In this document: one piece after another, positions 21,818-34,410 of the stretch
How positions within the stretch are numbered: position 1 is the first letter of the stretch
How the letters are laid out: each line of letters begins with the position of its first letter
Assembly: GCA_965240325.2 (NCBI GenBank)
Contig: OZ251249.1
Coordinates: forward strand, 620,001 to 684,000
Origin: Rebecca billardiae RCC1528
Taxonomy: Eukaryota; Protista; Haptophyta
Direction of reading: 5' to 3'
Length of the DNA: 64,000 bases
Notes under the pieces: generated by a model
Database searches by the model: none
Told to the model about the DNA's origin: nothing
Seen by the model: the letters and a program-made list of their open reading frames with translations, nothing else
Made by a program: the position numbers and the translations under genes

Positions 21818-22779
21818 TCAGCGCCGGCCTCAAGACCATCTCCGCCGTCCGCGACGAGAACATCGGCAACAACGGCACCACGGAGAACTGGTCGGTGCGC
21901 GCCGTCGTCTCCTCCTTCCCGCGCCAGCGCGACCCGTGGTACACGGCGTGCGGCTCGGGCACGTGCAAGAAGAAGGCGACGGGCGACGACGCGCAGGGCT
22001 GGAACTGCGAGGGCTGCGGGTGGAAGGGCGACGACTGCAGGCGGCGATACATCGGCCGTGTGCAGGTCGGAGACCACACCGGTGCGCCGCGGCGCGCGCT
22101 CGCGCGCCGTGCGCGTGCGCGCGCGTGCAGCTGATCGGGCTGTGCCGCGTGCCCGCCGCCCTCGGCGCGCAGGCACGATGTACGCGGACGTCTTCGACGA
22201 GGCGATGATCCTGCTGATGGGCGGCACCTCCGCCGACGACCTCTCCCGCCTCAAGGACACCTCGGAGAAGGCCTACTCCACCAAGCTGGACGACGAGGTG
22301 CGTCCGACTCCGCCCGGCCGGCGCGCGCGCGCCCGGCTCGCGCGCGTCCCTGGCGCGTGGCGGGGAGGCCACGCCTGCGCTGTGCCAATGCGCGCCGTGC
22401 CGCGCCCGCGCCGCGGTGTGCGCAGGGCTTCAAGCGGTACACGCTCTCCATGCGCTCCTCGCAGGACACGTGGTGCGCGCAGCCGCGAGGCGCGCGCGCG
22501 GCGCGCGGCGTGTGCTGCGTTGGGCACGCGCGCTGTGCGCGCGTGGGCACGCGCGCGCGGAGCGGTTGGGCGCTGTGCGCCGCGAGGAGCGAGCGCTGCG
22601 CGGCTGCTGCCGCCCGCCTCCTGACCGTGCGCGCGCCCGCGCGCCGCCGCCGCAACCGCCGCACGCGCAGGCAAGGCGAGGCGCGCACCCGGCACCAGAT
22701 CACAGCCATTCAGCCAGCAAACGTTCTCGACGAGGCGAGGCAGATGCTGGCCGAGCTGCAGCAGATGCGCCTGGCCTAG
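20080..22779 (+). CDS. RPA1: Replication protein A 70-kDa subunit; exons 20080-22081, 22173-22297, 22426-22472, 22671-22779 (~760 aa)
   Basis: N-terminal OB fold (RLRIVLSDGEFF), DBD-A (PIGALNPYQNRWAIKGRVTKKG...GVLFSFTL.D..GDIRVTAFN), DBD-B (VDVMGV...KRNIRLADDS...TLWGE), DBD-C zinc finger (WYTAC..GTCKKK...CEGC). Introns keep frame. Confidence 0.95.
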
Positions 22780-24585
22780 CAGCTGGCGCCGAGGCGGCGC
22801 CGGGCGCCCACCCGTCCGCGCGCGGTCGGGGAGGCGGTCGGTAAGACTCGGTATCGCCGGCGCGCCTGCAGAGCTGCTGCTCGCGGCGCGCGGCCGATGG
22901 ATGGCGCGGCTGGGAGCCTGCGGCCCTTGTCCGTGCGCGTGCACCAGTGTGCGGTGGTTGTCCCGAGTCTCAGTGGGGTGCAAGGGATGCGTGTGAGCAG
23001 CCATGGCGCGGGGCTGAGAGGAATCGGGGGCGGATGCGCGGCCATGGGCCGCGTCCGGGGCCGGCTGCCATCGTGAACAGCACGACTGCGCATGCAGTCG
23101 GCTGGCGCGCCGGGCCCGAACTGCGCCCGCGGCCGTGGCACCCGCGGCGCTGGCCCGGTCGAGGCCTGCTGCGCGGCACTGCAGTAGTGACCGTGTGAGC
23201 GCCAGTCCGCCGAGTGTCGTCGTGACTCCGGTAATACTCTCCCGTCTCCGGTGTACCCGCGCCTGGCGCGCCAGCATGCAAGGCGACATCATGAGGCATG
23301 AGCAGGAGGCCCGCGCGCGGTATTGAGTACGACTATTTAAGAGTCCGGTCCGTAAGTCCCGGACCGAGTACGGTGCGCGGCGCTGCGCCGGCACCAGCAG
23401 CAGCCGGCAGCAGTCCCGGCGGCCGCGGCGGCAGACGATCGTCGCGCGCGCCCCCGGTACTCCGCGCCCACGGGCCCCGCCCCGATCGTCAATAATATAC
23501 TGCTCGTCAGCAGTCGTCATATCATCGTCAGCAGCAGTCATAGCGCGGCGGCCGATCAGAGATATGCTCGGATATGAGTCGTGATATATCGAGCCCGATC
23601 TGCGAACACCGGCGGTGATGCCATAGATGACGCGACGACGATCAACGGTGCGCGCCGGCCGGCCCGGCGGCCCGGCGGCCGTGGCCCGGCGGCGGCGCCG
23701 CATAGCAGTGATGCGATAGTAGGCGCGGCATCTCCGAATCTGCTCTGATCGCGTGGCGCGTAGTCCGCCGCCGCCGCGCCGGCCACCGCGCAGCCGCGGC
23801 GCCGCCGGGGCCGGGGGCCGCGTCGAGCCCGGTGGCGAGTTATCAGGCAATAATATATATATATACAAAAACGACACACCTACCGTATACAACCTTTTCT
23901 GACAAAAGTAACACGCCTGCGATACTACTTTTTATACAAAAACGACAGGCTGGACGGAGTACTCGTCGTCAGTGCTGATAATATTCATCACTGATATGCC
24001 TGCTAACTACGGATTCGTGTGACGCCTCGGCGCGTCGTATATACAGGCATCAATCGCGGGGCAATAAGGAGCTGTCACGTTAAGAAACTGGGGCTTGCTA
24101 TCTGCGGATCTGGCCTAGAAACTGAGACTAGCGGTTGGCTGGTTCGCTATACCGCATAGGCACACTAAGAAACCGGGACTATGTCGTCGCGGCTGACGAG
24201 TGGTCCGCCGAGGCGCAGTCGCCGTCGGCAGTGCCTGTCAGCCCGTGGGACCGGCGGCGCGCGGCCCGACTACGAGTACAGGCCAAGGATTCCCGACTTC
24301 TCCTGATGACTGACTCCTGGCCAGTGCACCGGCAGCATCCATGCAACATCATGCCAGATTTGCTCCAAAATGGCCCAAATGTTTTCTTCGGCCTCGCCGG
24401 CCGGGCCTAAAGACTCAGTCAGCGCCGGGGGGGCTCAGCCCCCCTGCGCCCCCCGCGCCTGCGCGGCGGGCGGACCCGTAGCTAAGAAACTGAGACTCCT
24501 TCGGCGGTCGGGCTACCGAACGGGTGAGATCTCTCAGACTTCATCTGCTACTTATATATATGGGGCCCCAGCGATTGCCTAGCTG

Positions 24586-24641
24586 TACAGTTTACTAAGA
24601 ATAAGAGACGCACACAGCTCGTCAGGCAGGCGAGATCGACG
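24586..24641 (-). repeat. Solo TIR-like repeat A (inverted copy)
   Basis: TACAGTTTACTAAGAATAAGAGACGCACACAGCTCGTCAGGCAGGCGAGAT. Confidence 0.85.
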
Positions 24642-26239
24642 ACACAGTATACTGATGCTCGAGGCCCGCCGTATACTGCTACTACGACCAGTACCATAAC
24701 ACAGCGCAGGATCGCCCGCCAGCCACGACCGTAAGCTAATTCGGCGAACCCATTAAAAAAATGCGATAACTGCCGACCCGGCTCCCTCGCCGGCAGTTGG
24801 ACGCGGCCGGCGGACGGCCGGAGGCGAATTGGTCGAGCGCTTCGCGATGTCGTCGAAATCGCCCATCGCGCGACGAACGTCGCCAGCTGGCGTCGGCCTG
24901 GGACCGAGCGGCTTGGCTGGGCCGCGATGGTGCGTGCGCTTCAGCTGCGCAATACAGTTCCCCGCATTTGCGGCGCGGCGCAGGAATCGCTCCGCCGCAT
25001 CCATCGTCCACCTGCACCCCGTTTGCACGCGCGGCCATGATTTGAACATTCGCGCGCGCGGAGGCGCGCACAGCGCCGAGCCCCTTGGAGATGCGGGTCT
25101 GGCGAATAAGTGGCGATGGGCGGGATCGGAGTGTAGATGCCCAAAATGCGCATCACGTATCCTGCATCTGACGCGTTCACCATGCACGCGCGCCCTTTCT
25201 GCCGCTCGCCTGCATGTGGCCGCATCTGCCCGCCGCCGCGGATCGCCGCGCGCGCAGACACTTGGCGTGAAAGAAGGGCGGGGAGAAGGACGTGCGAGGT
25301 CTAATGCCGCATACGAAGGGCCCCTCGATGCATTTTCACCGGTACACCAACCAGATCACACAGCAGAGCGTGCTCGCGCGGCAGAAGCGCACTGTTTGTG
25401 GAGCTCGCGCGAGGCGGTCGAGGCGGCATGGCAGGCGATGTGTGGGTCTGGTAGCGCTCTGGCGACGGCGATGAACGCGTTGCACGTCGCGCACCTCGCT
25501 ATCTGCATGTCCGCGTGCAGCGCCGCCCTCTTCGTCGCGCAGGTGCGCAAGATTCATGAGCGGCTGCGGCGTGACTCGGCGACGTGACCGGCAGGCGGCA
25601 AGCGGCTTGACTGCTGCGTTCCTGCGCGAGGCACTGTGTGCGCCCGAGTTCGTCGCGCTCGGCGGTATGGAGGTGGTGGAGCAGAACGTCCGCTCGGCGT
25701 GCACCGTCGCCTGCAGTACCGTTCCTGAGAACCCAGCCTTCCTCGGCCTCGACGCACGCGCGGCGAGGCGTGCCGAACAGACTTGGTCTGCTCGTTCAGC
25801 GCGGTCATCTCGCTCAAGTTCATGCACAACGGCGAGGTCGTACTTGCGCTCGTCAACCTCACCACGGCCGTGTCCGAGCCCAACGTGCAGCCCGTGACGA
25901 CCGTTGCCGCTCGGCGGGACGGTCCGGCATCCCGTGTCACAGCCGCTCTGTGCCCGGACCGCGCGGGCCGCGCGGCTCGCCGCCGTTGAAGCTCCGCCGC
26001 CGCCGCAGCAGCCAGCGCAGCAGTCGGCGGCGCGACGGCTGCCGCCGCTGCCGCCGGCGCCGCGGCTCGCTCGCTGCACGAGACAGACAGAAGTCGGCGC
26101 GCGCCACCAGTCGTCGCAGCGGTCCGTACCGGCGCGATCCTCGCGTGAGGCCATCATGAGAGCTGACGGGGACTCTCACTCGCCGCCGGGTCAATCGGGC
26201 AGCGGCCTGACAGCGGCCGCGGCAGGGCGGGTCACCGGT

Positions 26240-26337
26240 GGCGCGCGGGTGCCAGTAGCTACCGCCCGGGTGCCAGTAGCTACTGGCACCCGGGGCCTAG
26301 CTAGTATCTATAGTATAGCTACTGGCACCCGCGCGCC
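26240..26337. repeat. Nested palindrome / inverted repeat
   Basis: Perfect 30-bp palindrome at 26265-26294 inside a 22-bp inverted pair (26240-26261 / 26316-26337) built from the same GGGTGCCAGTAGCTA unit. Confidence 0.9.
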
Positions 26338-26979
26338 CGGGCCCGGCCGCGGCGTCACGCAGTCAGCACGGCTCACACTACCGCCGGTTACTCGCGGACC
26401 GGTCGCGGACGAATCAAGATTCAAGTTGAAATTTCGCGGACTACGCGCGGCTGACCGTGCCCGATCGGCCGGCCCCGCGCGGCGGAGGCGGCCGCGGGCG
26501 CGGAGGCTGACCGGAGGCGCGCGGAGCGGGTCGGGCGCAGCTGACTCAGCAGCCTCCGCGATGACTCTCACGACGTACGGTCCTACTGGTCGTCGATAAC
26601 ACGACTCTAACATGGTCAGGCGACTGCTACCCGTGAGCCGCCGCCGGCCCGGGCCGGCGCGCGCCAGCGCCGCCGGGCGCGGCTGCTGCCACGAGTCACG
26701 ACTCAGCGCCGGACGATGACCGGGACCGGGACTCAGTCCGACAGCTGCGTGGCAGGCCGTGACCGACGTGAACGGTGAATCCGACTCCGAGCTTTGAAGC
26801 ACTTCATCACTGCTCGTCCGACTGGATGGCGCGGCTGCTCGCTGCTCGTGCGCCGCTGCCGCACCGCCGCCACCGCCTCCGCCGCGCTCTCGTGCGCGGA
26901 GGCTTGGCGCCGAGTCCTTCGCGCGCGAGCTCGAGCTTGCACGCGCCTGGGACGCGCGCCCGCACCCCGCACGTGTCAC

Positions 26980-27380
26980 CTCGTGCGCAGGAGCCAGGTC
27001 CGCTTCGAGCCGCCCAAGCTCCTCCGCGCCTTCCTCGCGCGCGGCAGCGCGCTCGGCCACGTGCGCGCGCGCCTCACGCCGAGCAGCAGCGGCAAGCGCG
27101 AACGCAGCGGTTTGCCGAGCAGGCTTGCTCGCGGCGGCATCGGCCGAGGCTGCGCGCCACTTGGCCTCGGCCACGCCGAGCAGCACCCTAAGTGCAGCCA
27201 TCGTCTCGGCGGCCGCCGCCGTCCGTTCGGCTGCTGCAGCGCGCTCCGCGTGCAGCTGCTTCTCGAGTCTCGGCACGGCGCTCAGCTCACAGCTCTTGCG
27301 CACGTTCGCCTCCGACAGTTCGGCAACGTGGATCGCGAGCAGGTCGGCGCTGCCGTCCAGGGCAGCAATGCTTGCCGCCG
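26980..27380 (-). pseudogene. Possible coiled-coil gene fragment
   Basis: Helical, protein-like stretch (DLLAIHVAELSEANVRKSCEL...RLEKQLHAERAAAAE) inside ORF 26308-27555; no credible start or family. Confidence 0.25.
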
Positions 27381-28594
27381 AGAGCTGCGTGCCGTGCGGC
27401 GGGCGCCGCGGCGCGGACGTGCGGGCGGCGGGCGATGAGCAATGGGCCGGGCCAGCGATCGGCGTCTCGTCGACGAGTGCGGGCAGCTGGTGGCGAGCTC
27501 CGGCTTGCACGGGCAGCAGGGAGGTGGAAGGGTGTGGGCAGCGGGCAGTCGGCACGGCCAGGCGGCGGTAGTGACACGGCGGCGGTCAACACGGAGGGGT
27601 CGAGCCGCGGGCACGTGGTCTCGGCAGCTGCCGCGCGGGCAGCTGGGTCATGCGGGGCGGCGCTGCAGGTTGCACCCGCCGTGTGAGGCGTCGAGCCGCA
27701 TCCGCTCTGAGGGCTCGATCTGGGCGGTGGACACGAACGCCGTAAGCGGAGTGCTGCAGGCGGGGCCGCGAGAGGCGGGGCCGCAACAACTTCCGCCGTT
27801 ATCGCCTGGCGGCGACGCCTAGTCGCCGCCCTCCTCGCGCGCCATCGCAGTGATCTGACCCCATACGCCTGGCATCATCGCCTCGGAGAAGTGCTAGTGC
27901 CGCGCAGCTCCAAACTCGAGCGGCGTGCGTGCTCGGAGCAGCAGCCGGCTACGGATCAGGCTTCAGTCGAATGCATACGCACCTGTGGCTGCCGTGCATG
28001 GCCTCCTCACCGAGGAAGAAGGGTGTTCTGTGGCCATCCATAAAAAAAGGTGCGCACTGGCGCCCGAGCCGCCCGCGCGGCACGCGACCTCAACTGCACC
28101 TGTTCCGATCTCGAGCTGTGGGCAGGGCGGGGTGTCTTGGATCGATGGGGAGACGCTCGGGGAAATTCGTCGGGGTAGTCTGGGACTGCGCGCGCACGCT
28201 CCCCGCCCTTCAGCGCGCCGCGCCTCGCCATGCTGAATTTCCGCGAGCGGGCGGGTGCAGGGGGGGCCCGTAACGACATCTTTTCCGAAATCTTGCGCTG
28301 TGAACCACTAAACCAGCACGGTCGACCGTAGATAGACTCGACGAGAACTTTGAGCCGCCCGAGCCTGCCGCGCCGCTGCCCACTAGCAGTAGCCGAGTAA
28401 GCGGAGCAGTCTCGGAATAACAGTAGCAGGGCCGCCCGCTTACTCAAACAGCCAACGACAGGCCGGCGATAACAGACTGAATGAGCATATATATATATGG
28501 CGGGCCGTAGTATATATATATATTATAATAAGGGCCGCGACGCGGGCGCGGCCGCCGAGTGCACGCCGCCCTCTGCCGAGGTCGTACGCGACCG

Positions 28595-29494
28595 CTACGG
28601 TCGCCTGCCGTCCAGAAGCACGTCGCCGGGCGGGAGCGCGGGCGTCTCGCGCGTCGCCAGCACCGTGTTCTGCTCGAAGCGGCTCTTGTGCGCGCCGATG
28701 CGGTAGCCATGCTGGCGCGCGAGCCCGTGCACGCACTCGACAACGTGCTGCTGCAGGGTCTCGACCTGAAGCAGTTTGGGCCGGTACCGGCTGAAGAGCG
28801 ACGGCCCGCCGCTGAAGACGTCGCACTCGGCGCCCTCGACGTCGGCCTTCACCACGTCGACGGCGGGCAGGTCGAGCATCTGCAGCAGCGCGTCGAGGGT
28901 CGTGAGCACCACCTGCTCGCATGCGTACCCCGGGTCGGAGCGCGCGGGCGGGCAGCGCATGCCGACGCCGCACGCGAGCACGCCGTTCCCCACGTTGGAC
29001 GGCGCGAAGGAGCGGACGATGCACGTCTCGCGCGTGCCGCCGCGCGACCGGGGCACGCCGAGCGCGACGGGCAGCACCGTCACGCGCGCGCGCAGCTCGG
29101 GGTTGAGGCAAAGGCTCGCCTCGATCGCCGCGCGGTTCTGCCACATCGGCTCGACCGAATAGACGGTGTACCCGTACTTGGCGAAGAGGAGCGCGTAGTA
29201 GCCGACGTTGCCGCCGATGTCGAGGAACACGCCGCCGTGCGGCAGCCGCACGTCCGCCAGGTCGGCGATGTCCTGCGGCGCCGAGATCTCCCACGAGCCC
29301 TCCCGGTGCACGTGCGCAGACACGATGTCGCGGTCGAGCGCCTCGTACACGGCGATGCGGAAGGTGTAGTCACGCGAGCGCACGGTGACGGCGATCAGGC
29401 CCGGCGTGAGGCACCGCTCCTCGCACCCCGTGTCGAAGCCGCACGGAGGCACCCCGGTGGCCGTGAACGCCAACAAGGCGAGGACAGCGGCCAT
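28595..29494 (-). CDS. FkbM-family SAM-dependent methyltransferase with signal peptide or anchor
   Basis: GSWE, VFLDIGGNVGYYAL, VYSVEP, TTLDALL, VDVVKADVEGAECDVFSG; hydrophobic N-terminus MAAVLALLAF. Confidence 0.9.
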   Translation of the reverse strand: MAAVLALLAFTATGVPPCGFDTGCEERCLTPGLIAVTVRSRDYTFRIAVYEALDRDIVSAHVHREGSWEISAPQDIADLADVRLPHGGVFLDIGGNVGYYALLFAKYGYTVYSVEPMWQNRAAIEASLCLNPELRARVTVLPVALGVPRSRGGTRETCIVRSFAPSNVGNGVLACGVGMRCPPARSDPGYACEQVVLTTLDALLQMLDLPAVDVVKADVEGAECDVFSGGPSLFSRYRPKLLQVETLQQHVVECVHGLARQHGYRIGAHKSRFEQNTVLATRETPALPPGDVLLDGRRP

Positions 29495-30129
29495 CGTACT
29501 AGTCAAGTATTTCCGATCCGCGCTTTCGATCATATCATTTCGATCTTATTTCGATGACGATGACGATATCTGAACGCCGCTGCTCTGCAGTGGGCACGCG
29601 ACGATGGCGCCTCGGCAGCTCGTTCCGATGATCGAGCCCGGCGCCGGTGTCAGAGTAGCAGGCGCGCCGTCAGCATCGCGTCTCGTGCCGCAGCAAGGCG
29701 GGCTATATCAGAGAGCGGGTGGCTGCACAGTGCCGCTGAGCCGATGGCGACGATGCGATGGCGCTGCCCGGCGGAAGCCGGATCGACAGCCGGTCCGGCG
29801 CTCATCCGTCGTCGTAGATCGTAGTCGTTCGTAGGAACACGCAGCAGCGATTCGGGAGCAGCGGCGAAGAGTCACGCAGAGATGCGCGCGGAAGCAAGTT
29901 GCATGACGCGTATTCGCGCGCGGCGCGAGACCGTGATCGCACCGTCGGCAGGCAGCGGCGGCGCGGAGCTCACTAGCTAGGCCGGTGCTGTCGGTGCAGC
30001 GGCCGCGGCGCCCGGCCACACCCGGGCAAGGCCCTCGCAGCCATCGCCGCGGCACGCGCGCCACGCTCGCGGCGCGCGGCAGCGCCCGCGCCGGCGGCGT
30101 GCTGGTGGCGGCACGCTGCGCGGCCGCCG

Positions 30130-30315
30130 GCTAGAAGCCCGACACCGTCGCGATGGGCGTTCCCGTCCTCACGTGTCGCTCCTGCGTGCGCGCGGCGGCA
30201 GGCGCGGCGGCACGCGTGGCGGCCGCAAGCTAGAAGCCCGACACCGTCGCGATGGGCGTTCCCGTCCTCACGTGTCGCTCCTGCGTGCGCGCGGCGGCAG
30301 GCGCGGCGGCACGCG
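30130..30315. repeat. 99-bp-period tandem duplication containing the NHX terminal exon and its acceptor
   Basis: 30130-30216 is identical to 30229-30315. Confidence 0.9.
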
Positions 30316-32673
30316 CGGCGGCGGCGGTGGCGGCACGCGTGTCAGCCGTGGCGGGCCAGCGCACGCGGGGCGCACGCGCAGAGAGCAGCGCTCGGCAGCC
30401 GCCACGGCGGCGGCTGTGGCGGCACAGCGCCGCGCACCAGCGCGCGCCGCGGCGCCGGGCGGCGCGGGCCCTGCCAGTCCGGCCGCCAGTCCGGCTGCAC
30501 GTGCGGCACCAGTCCGGCCGCACGCACGGCGCCAGTCCGGCCGCACAGCACGGCCGCACAGCACCGCACAGCACCGCACAGCACCGCACCGCACCGCACA
30601 GCACAGCACGGCACATGCAGCACCTTTTGGCGCACGACAAACGGCTCGTCGTCCGCCGGATTCCGTGTGGGCGCGCCGTTGGCACCCTCGCCGCCGCCGC
30701 GCGCGCCCTCGTCGTTGTGCAGCCGCGTCCAGAACTCGTCCTCGTCCTCGGGCGGCTCGGGCACGTCGAGATCGACCAGGAGATCGTGCACGAAGTCGTC
30801 AATCGCCGAAACGTGCTTGTACGCCGCCTTCTCATTGGCCGAGAGCTCGGCCTCGGCCTGCTTCGTGTCGTAGGCGGGCGCGTCTATCTTGACATGCATC
30901 GCGTCGAGGAGCAGCTTGGTCGTGCCGCCGAAGACGAAGATGGTGAAGAGCACCACCACCATCGTCACCGCGACGATCCGCCCGCGCATCACGCCCGGCA
31001 CCTGCACGGCCAGCGCGACCGCGATCGCGCCGCGCAGCCCGGACCACCACATCACCACCTGCTCGTTCGGAGTCACCTTCTCCAGCCGGAACGAGTTGCA
31101 CAGCAGGGTGAGAGGGAACACGTTGAGCGCGCGCGCTGCGGGGCGCGCGCGGGGCGACGGCGTGGCGGACGCGCCGGCGCGCGCGGGGCGGGCACGGGGG
31201 CTCAGCGGCGACGCCGGCGCGGCGCGGCGGGGACGCGCGGGGGGCGCGCGGCGGCTCTCTGCCGCTGGGGGGGGGCGCGCGCGCGCGCGAGCGCGGCCGA
31301 GCGCGCGAGCGAGGTCCGGCGCGAGGCGCGGCGCAGCCCCCCGCGCAGCGCACGGCCCCCGCCCCCCCCCCCCCCCCCCCCCCCCGCGCGCGCACGCGCG
31401 CACAGACGAGGATCGTCACCAGCGTGAGCGCCACCATCGGCACGTCGATCGCGCCCGCGTACACGACCACGGCCAGCCCGACCAACAGGAAGACGATCGT
31501 GTCGGCGTACGTAGCGAGGACCTTGAGCATCTTGTCGACGGAGACGCGCGCGCGCGGGGAGAGGTTGGGCGCGGCGTAGCGGCGCATGGCGATGCCGCAG
31601 AAGAGCGAGGACACGATCCCCGAGAGGTGCGGCACCTCCGCGCCCACGAACGAGAAGTAGGACACCGACCAGAAGATCGCCATCTCAACGGACGGCAGGT
31701 GGCCATGCCGGCCGAGGCCTGCGGCCTTGAGCAGCAGCGCGCCGGCGAGCCCGATGCCGATGCCGTAGATCACGGAGCCGAGGGCGGTGACGAGGAAGGA
31801 GGCGATCACCTCGGGCATGTGCACGCCCGCCGAGAACGTCTCCGCCACGCCGTAGTGCAGGATCGAGCGGAAGACGATTAACGAAACCGCGTCGTTGAGG
31901 ACAGACTCTCCAAACACGAGGTTGTTCAGCTTCGGGTCGACGCGGAGGTTGCCAAAGGTGGCGAGGGTGGCGACGGGGTCGACGGCGGAGATGAGCGCGG
32001 CGAACGCGCCCGCCTCCACCCCGTTCAGCTTCTCCATCCAGCCCCAGCGCCCGAACTGGATCATCATCACCCACGTGAAGCCGGTCGAGATCAGCGTGCC
32101 GGCGATCGCGAGCGTCGAGATCGTGCCGATGTTGCGGAAGAAGAGGAACTGCTGGATGGAGTAGCCGGACTCGAAGATGATCGGCGGGAGGAGGAAGAGG
32201 TTGAAGAACTCCGCGTCGAAGTACAGCTTGCTCTCCGTCTCCTCCGCGTGCGGGTCGATGATGTGCACGAGCAGACCAAAGAGCAAGCCGACCAGGATGG
32301 TCGCTCCCGACTCCGGCAGCCAGTGCACGTGGTTGGCGTGGAGCCACTGGCCGACGACGTACGAGATGATGAGCAGCAGGATCACGACGGCCACGTCCAG
32401 CGCGCGGTGCTCCTCGTGCTCCGTCTCCTCCTTGAACCCCTTCGCCTCGTCGTGCGCGCGCTCGATCGGCTCGTGGTCCGACGGCTGCGCGCCGCCGCCG
32501 CCGTGCGAGTGGTCGCCCGTCGCCGGCGCGGGCGCGGGCGAGGCGGGGCCGTGGGCGGGCGGGTCGGGGCTCGCGGGCTCGTGCGCCGCCGCGCCGCCCG
32601 CCAGGAGCAGCACCGCCGCGGCGGCGAGCGCCGCCGCCAGGCACGCGCGCCTGCTGCTGCCACGCCCTGCCAT
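30230..32673 (-). CDS. Na+/H+ exchanger (CPA1/NHX, NHE8-like); exons 32673-31404, 31135-30624, 30280-30230 (~610 aa)
   Basis: FFNLFLLPPIIFESGY, ALISAVDPVATLA, LVFGESVLNDAVS, LSGIVSSLFCGI, WWSGLRGAIAVALA, IFVFGGTT. Confidence 0.93.
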
Positions 32674-32965
32674 CGCGCTGGTTGATGGGCCGCTCTCTTT
32701 TGCCACTGCCAGCAAAGCCCCGCTTGCTCAGTCGCCAAGCGCCGCCGCCGCCGCGAGCCGCTCGATTATTGGCCAAGCGGGGGACGGCCGGTGGCAGCGG
32801 CCTGGCAGGTGGAGCGAGTCCGGCGCAGCCGCCGCAGCGCGTCCGAGCGCGGTCCGGGAGCGACCACGCGGCACCCGCACACAGTGCCGATGACGCCCGG
32901 CCCGGGCGGCGCTGTCCAGACGTGAGACGACGCCGCGCGCAACCCCCAGGGCCGACGCGCGCAGC

Positions 32966-33688
32966 ATGAGCGACGACGAGCTCACCGGCTCGCGCTTCGC
33001 GCGGCTCGCGACCTCCCGCCGCGCGGGCGCGCAACGCCGCGCGTGGAGCGAGGCGCTCTGGCGCGAGCGTGCCGCCGCGCCCGCGCCCGAGCCCGCGGCC
33101 GCGCCGCGCGCGCCACGCACAGTGGACGACCCGACGCGGCTTGCGGCCGCCGCGTGCGTGTGCGCGCTGCGCTACCGGGACGCGCGCGCGGTGCGCGCGC
33201 TGGAGGGCGCGGTGGAGCGGCTCGTGCGCGAGGACGGCACGGGCGAGACCTTCGCCGCCGCGCTCCTCGCCGCCATCGTCAAGGCCGCGCGCACGGGCGC
33301 GGCGACCGCTGTGGGCGATGGCAGCGGCGCCGCGCCGCGCGCGTGCGCTCGGCTGCTCGCGCTCGCGCTCGCGCCGCGCTTCGACGCGCACGCGCGCGGC
33401 GAGGGATTCCGCGAGCTCGTCTGCGCGCACGCCGCCCTCCTGCACGCCGTCGCGCGCGACGCGCCCTCCGCGCTGCGCCTCGCCGCCGCGCCGCTGCGCA
33501 CACTCGTCGGCGCGTCGCGCGGCGCGGAGGCGCATGCGGCGTACGCGGCCGCGGCGGGCGTCGGGCCGGAGCCGCCGGCGGGGATGTCCGGCGCGGCGTG
33601 GTGCGTGCTCCTCGCTGTCCTCGCGAGCACGCCGCCCTCGCGCCGCGCCGCACCGCCGGACGGCGCGGCCGCGCGCTCCGATGATGAC

Positions 33689-33729
<41 letters not shown>

Positions 33730-34288
33730 AGACGCGGCGGCGGCGGACGCGGCGGACGCGGCGGCGGCTGAGCTGGCGCAGCGGTTCGCCGGCGCGTACG
33801 CGGGCGCCGCGGCGGGCGGGCAGCTCCCGCGCGGCGTGCACGCGCCCGCCACCGCCGCGCTGCGCGCACTCCCCGCGGCCGCGCAGCGCGCGCAGCTGCT
33901 CCCAGCATTGTTGCGCGCCCTTCGGCGCACGCCCGCCGAGGCGCTGCCCGTGGCGTGCGCCGCGCTGCCCGCGCTGCACGCGGCGGAGGTGCTGGACGAG
34001 GCGTCGGCGTCGGAGCTCGCGGGCACGCTCGCGCCGCTCGCCGCCTCCGCCGCCGACGCGCGCGCCGCCGCGCGCGCGCTGCAGCTGCTCGCAGCCGGCT
34101 GCGCCGCCGACGGCGCCGCCGCTGGCGCGTGCGCCGCCGCCGCGCAGCTGCTGTCGACGAAGCCAGTGTCTGCGGCGTCGCGCGTGGCGGCGGCGCGCGC
34201 ACTGGGCGCGATGGCGCGCGCGCCGGGCGCGGGTGCTCGCGCGTGCGCCGCCGCGTGCGCGCCGCTCGCCGCCGCACTCGAGCGAGAG

Positions 34289-34346
<58 letters not shown>

Positions 34347-34357
34347 GCGGTGGCGGC

Positions 34358-34410
<53 letters not shown>

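Noticed and set aside
22273-23892. 539-aa minus-strand ORF downstream of RPA1
   Set aside because: Overlaps RPA1 exons antisense; low-complexity, no domain and no coding-style periodicity.
14043-24641. Giant composite transposon bounded by inverted repeat A copies
   Set aside because: The TA|CAG outer ends point into the interval rather than out of it, the enclosed genes are intron-containing housekeeping genes, and other unpaired copies exist.
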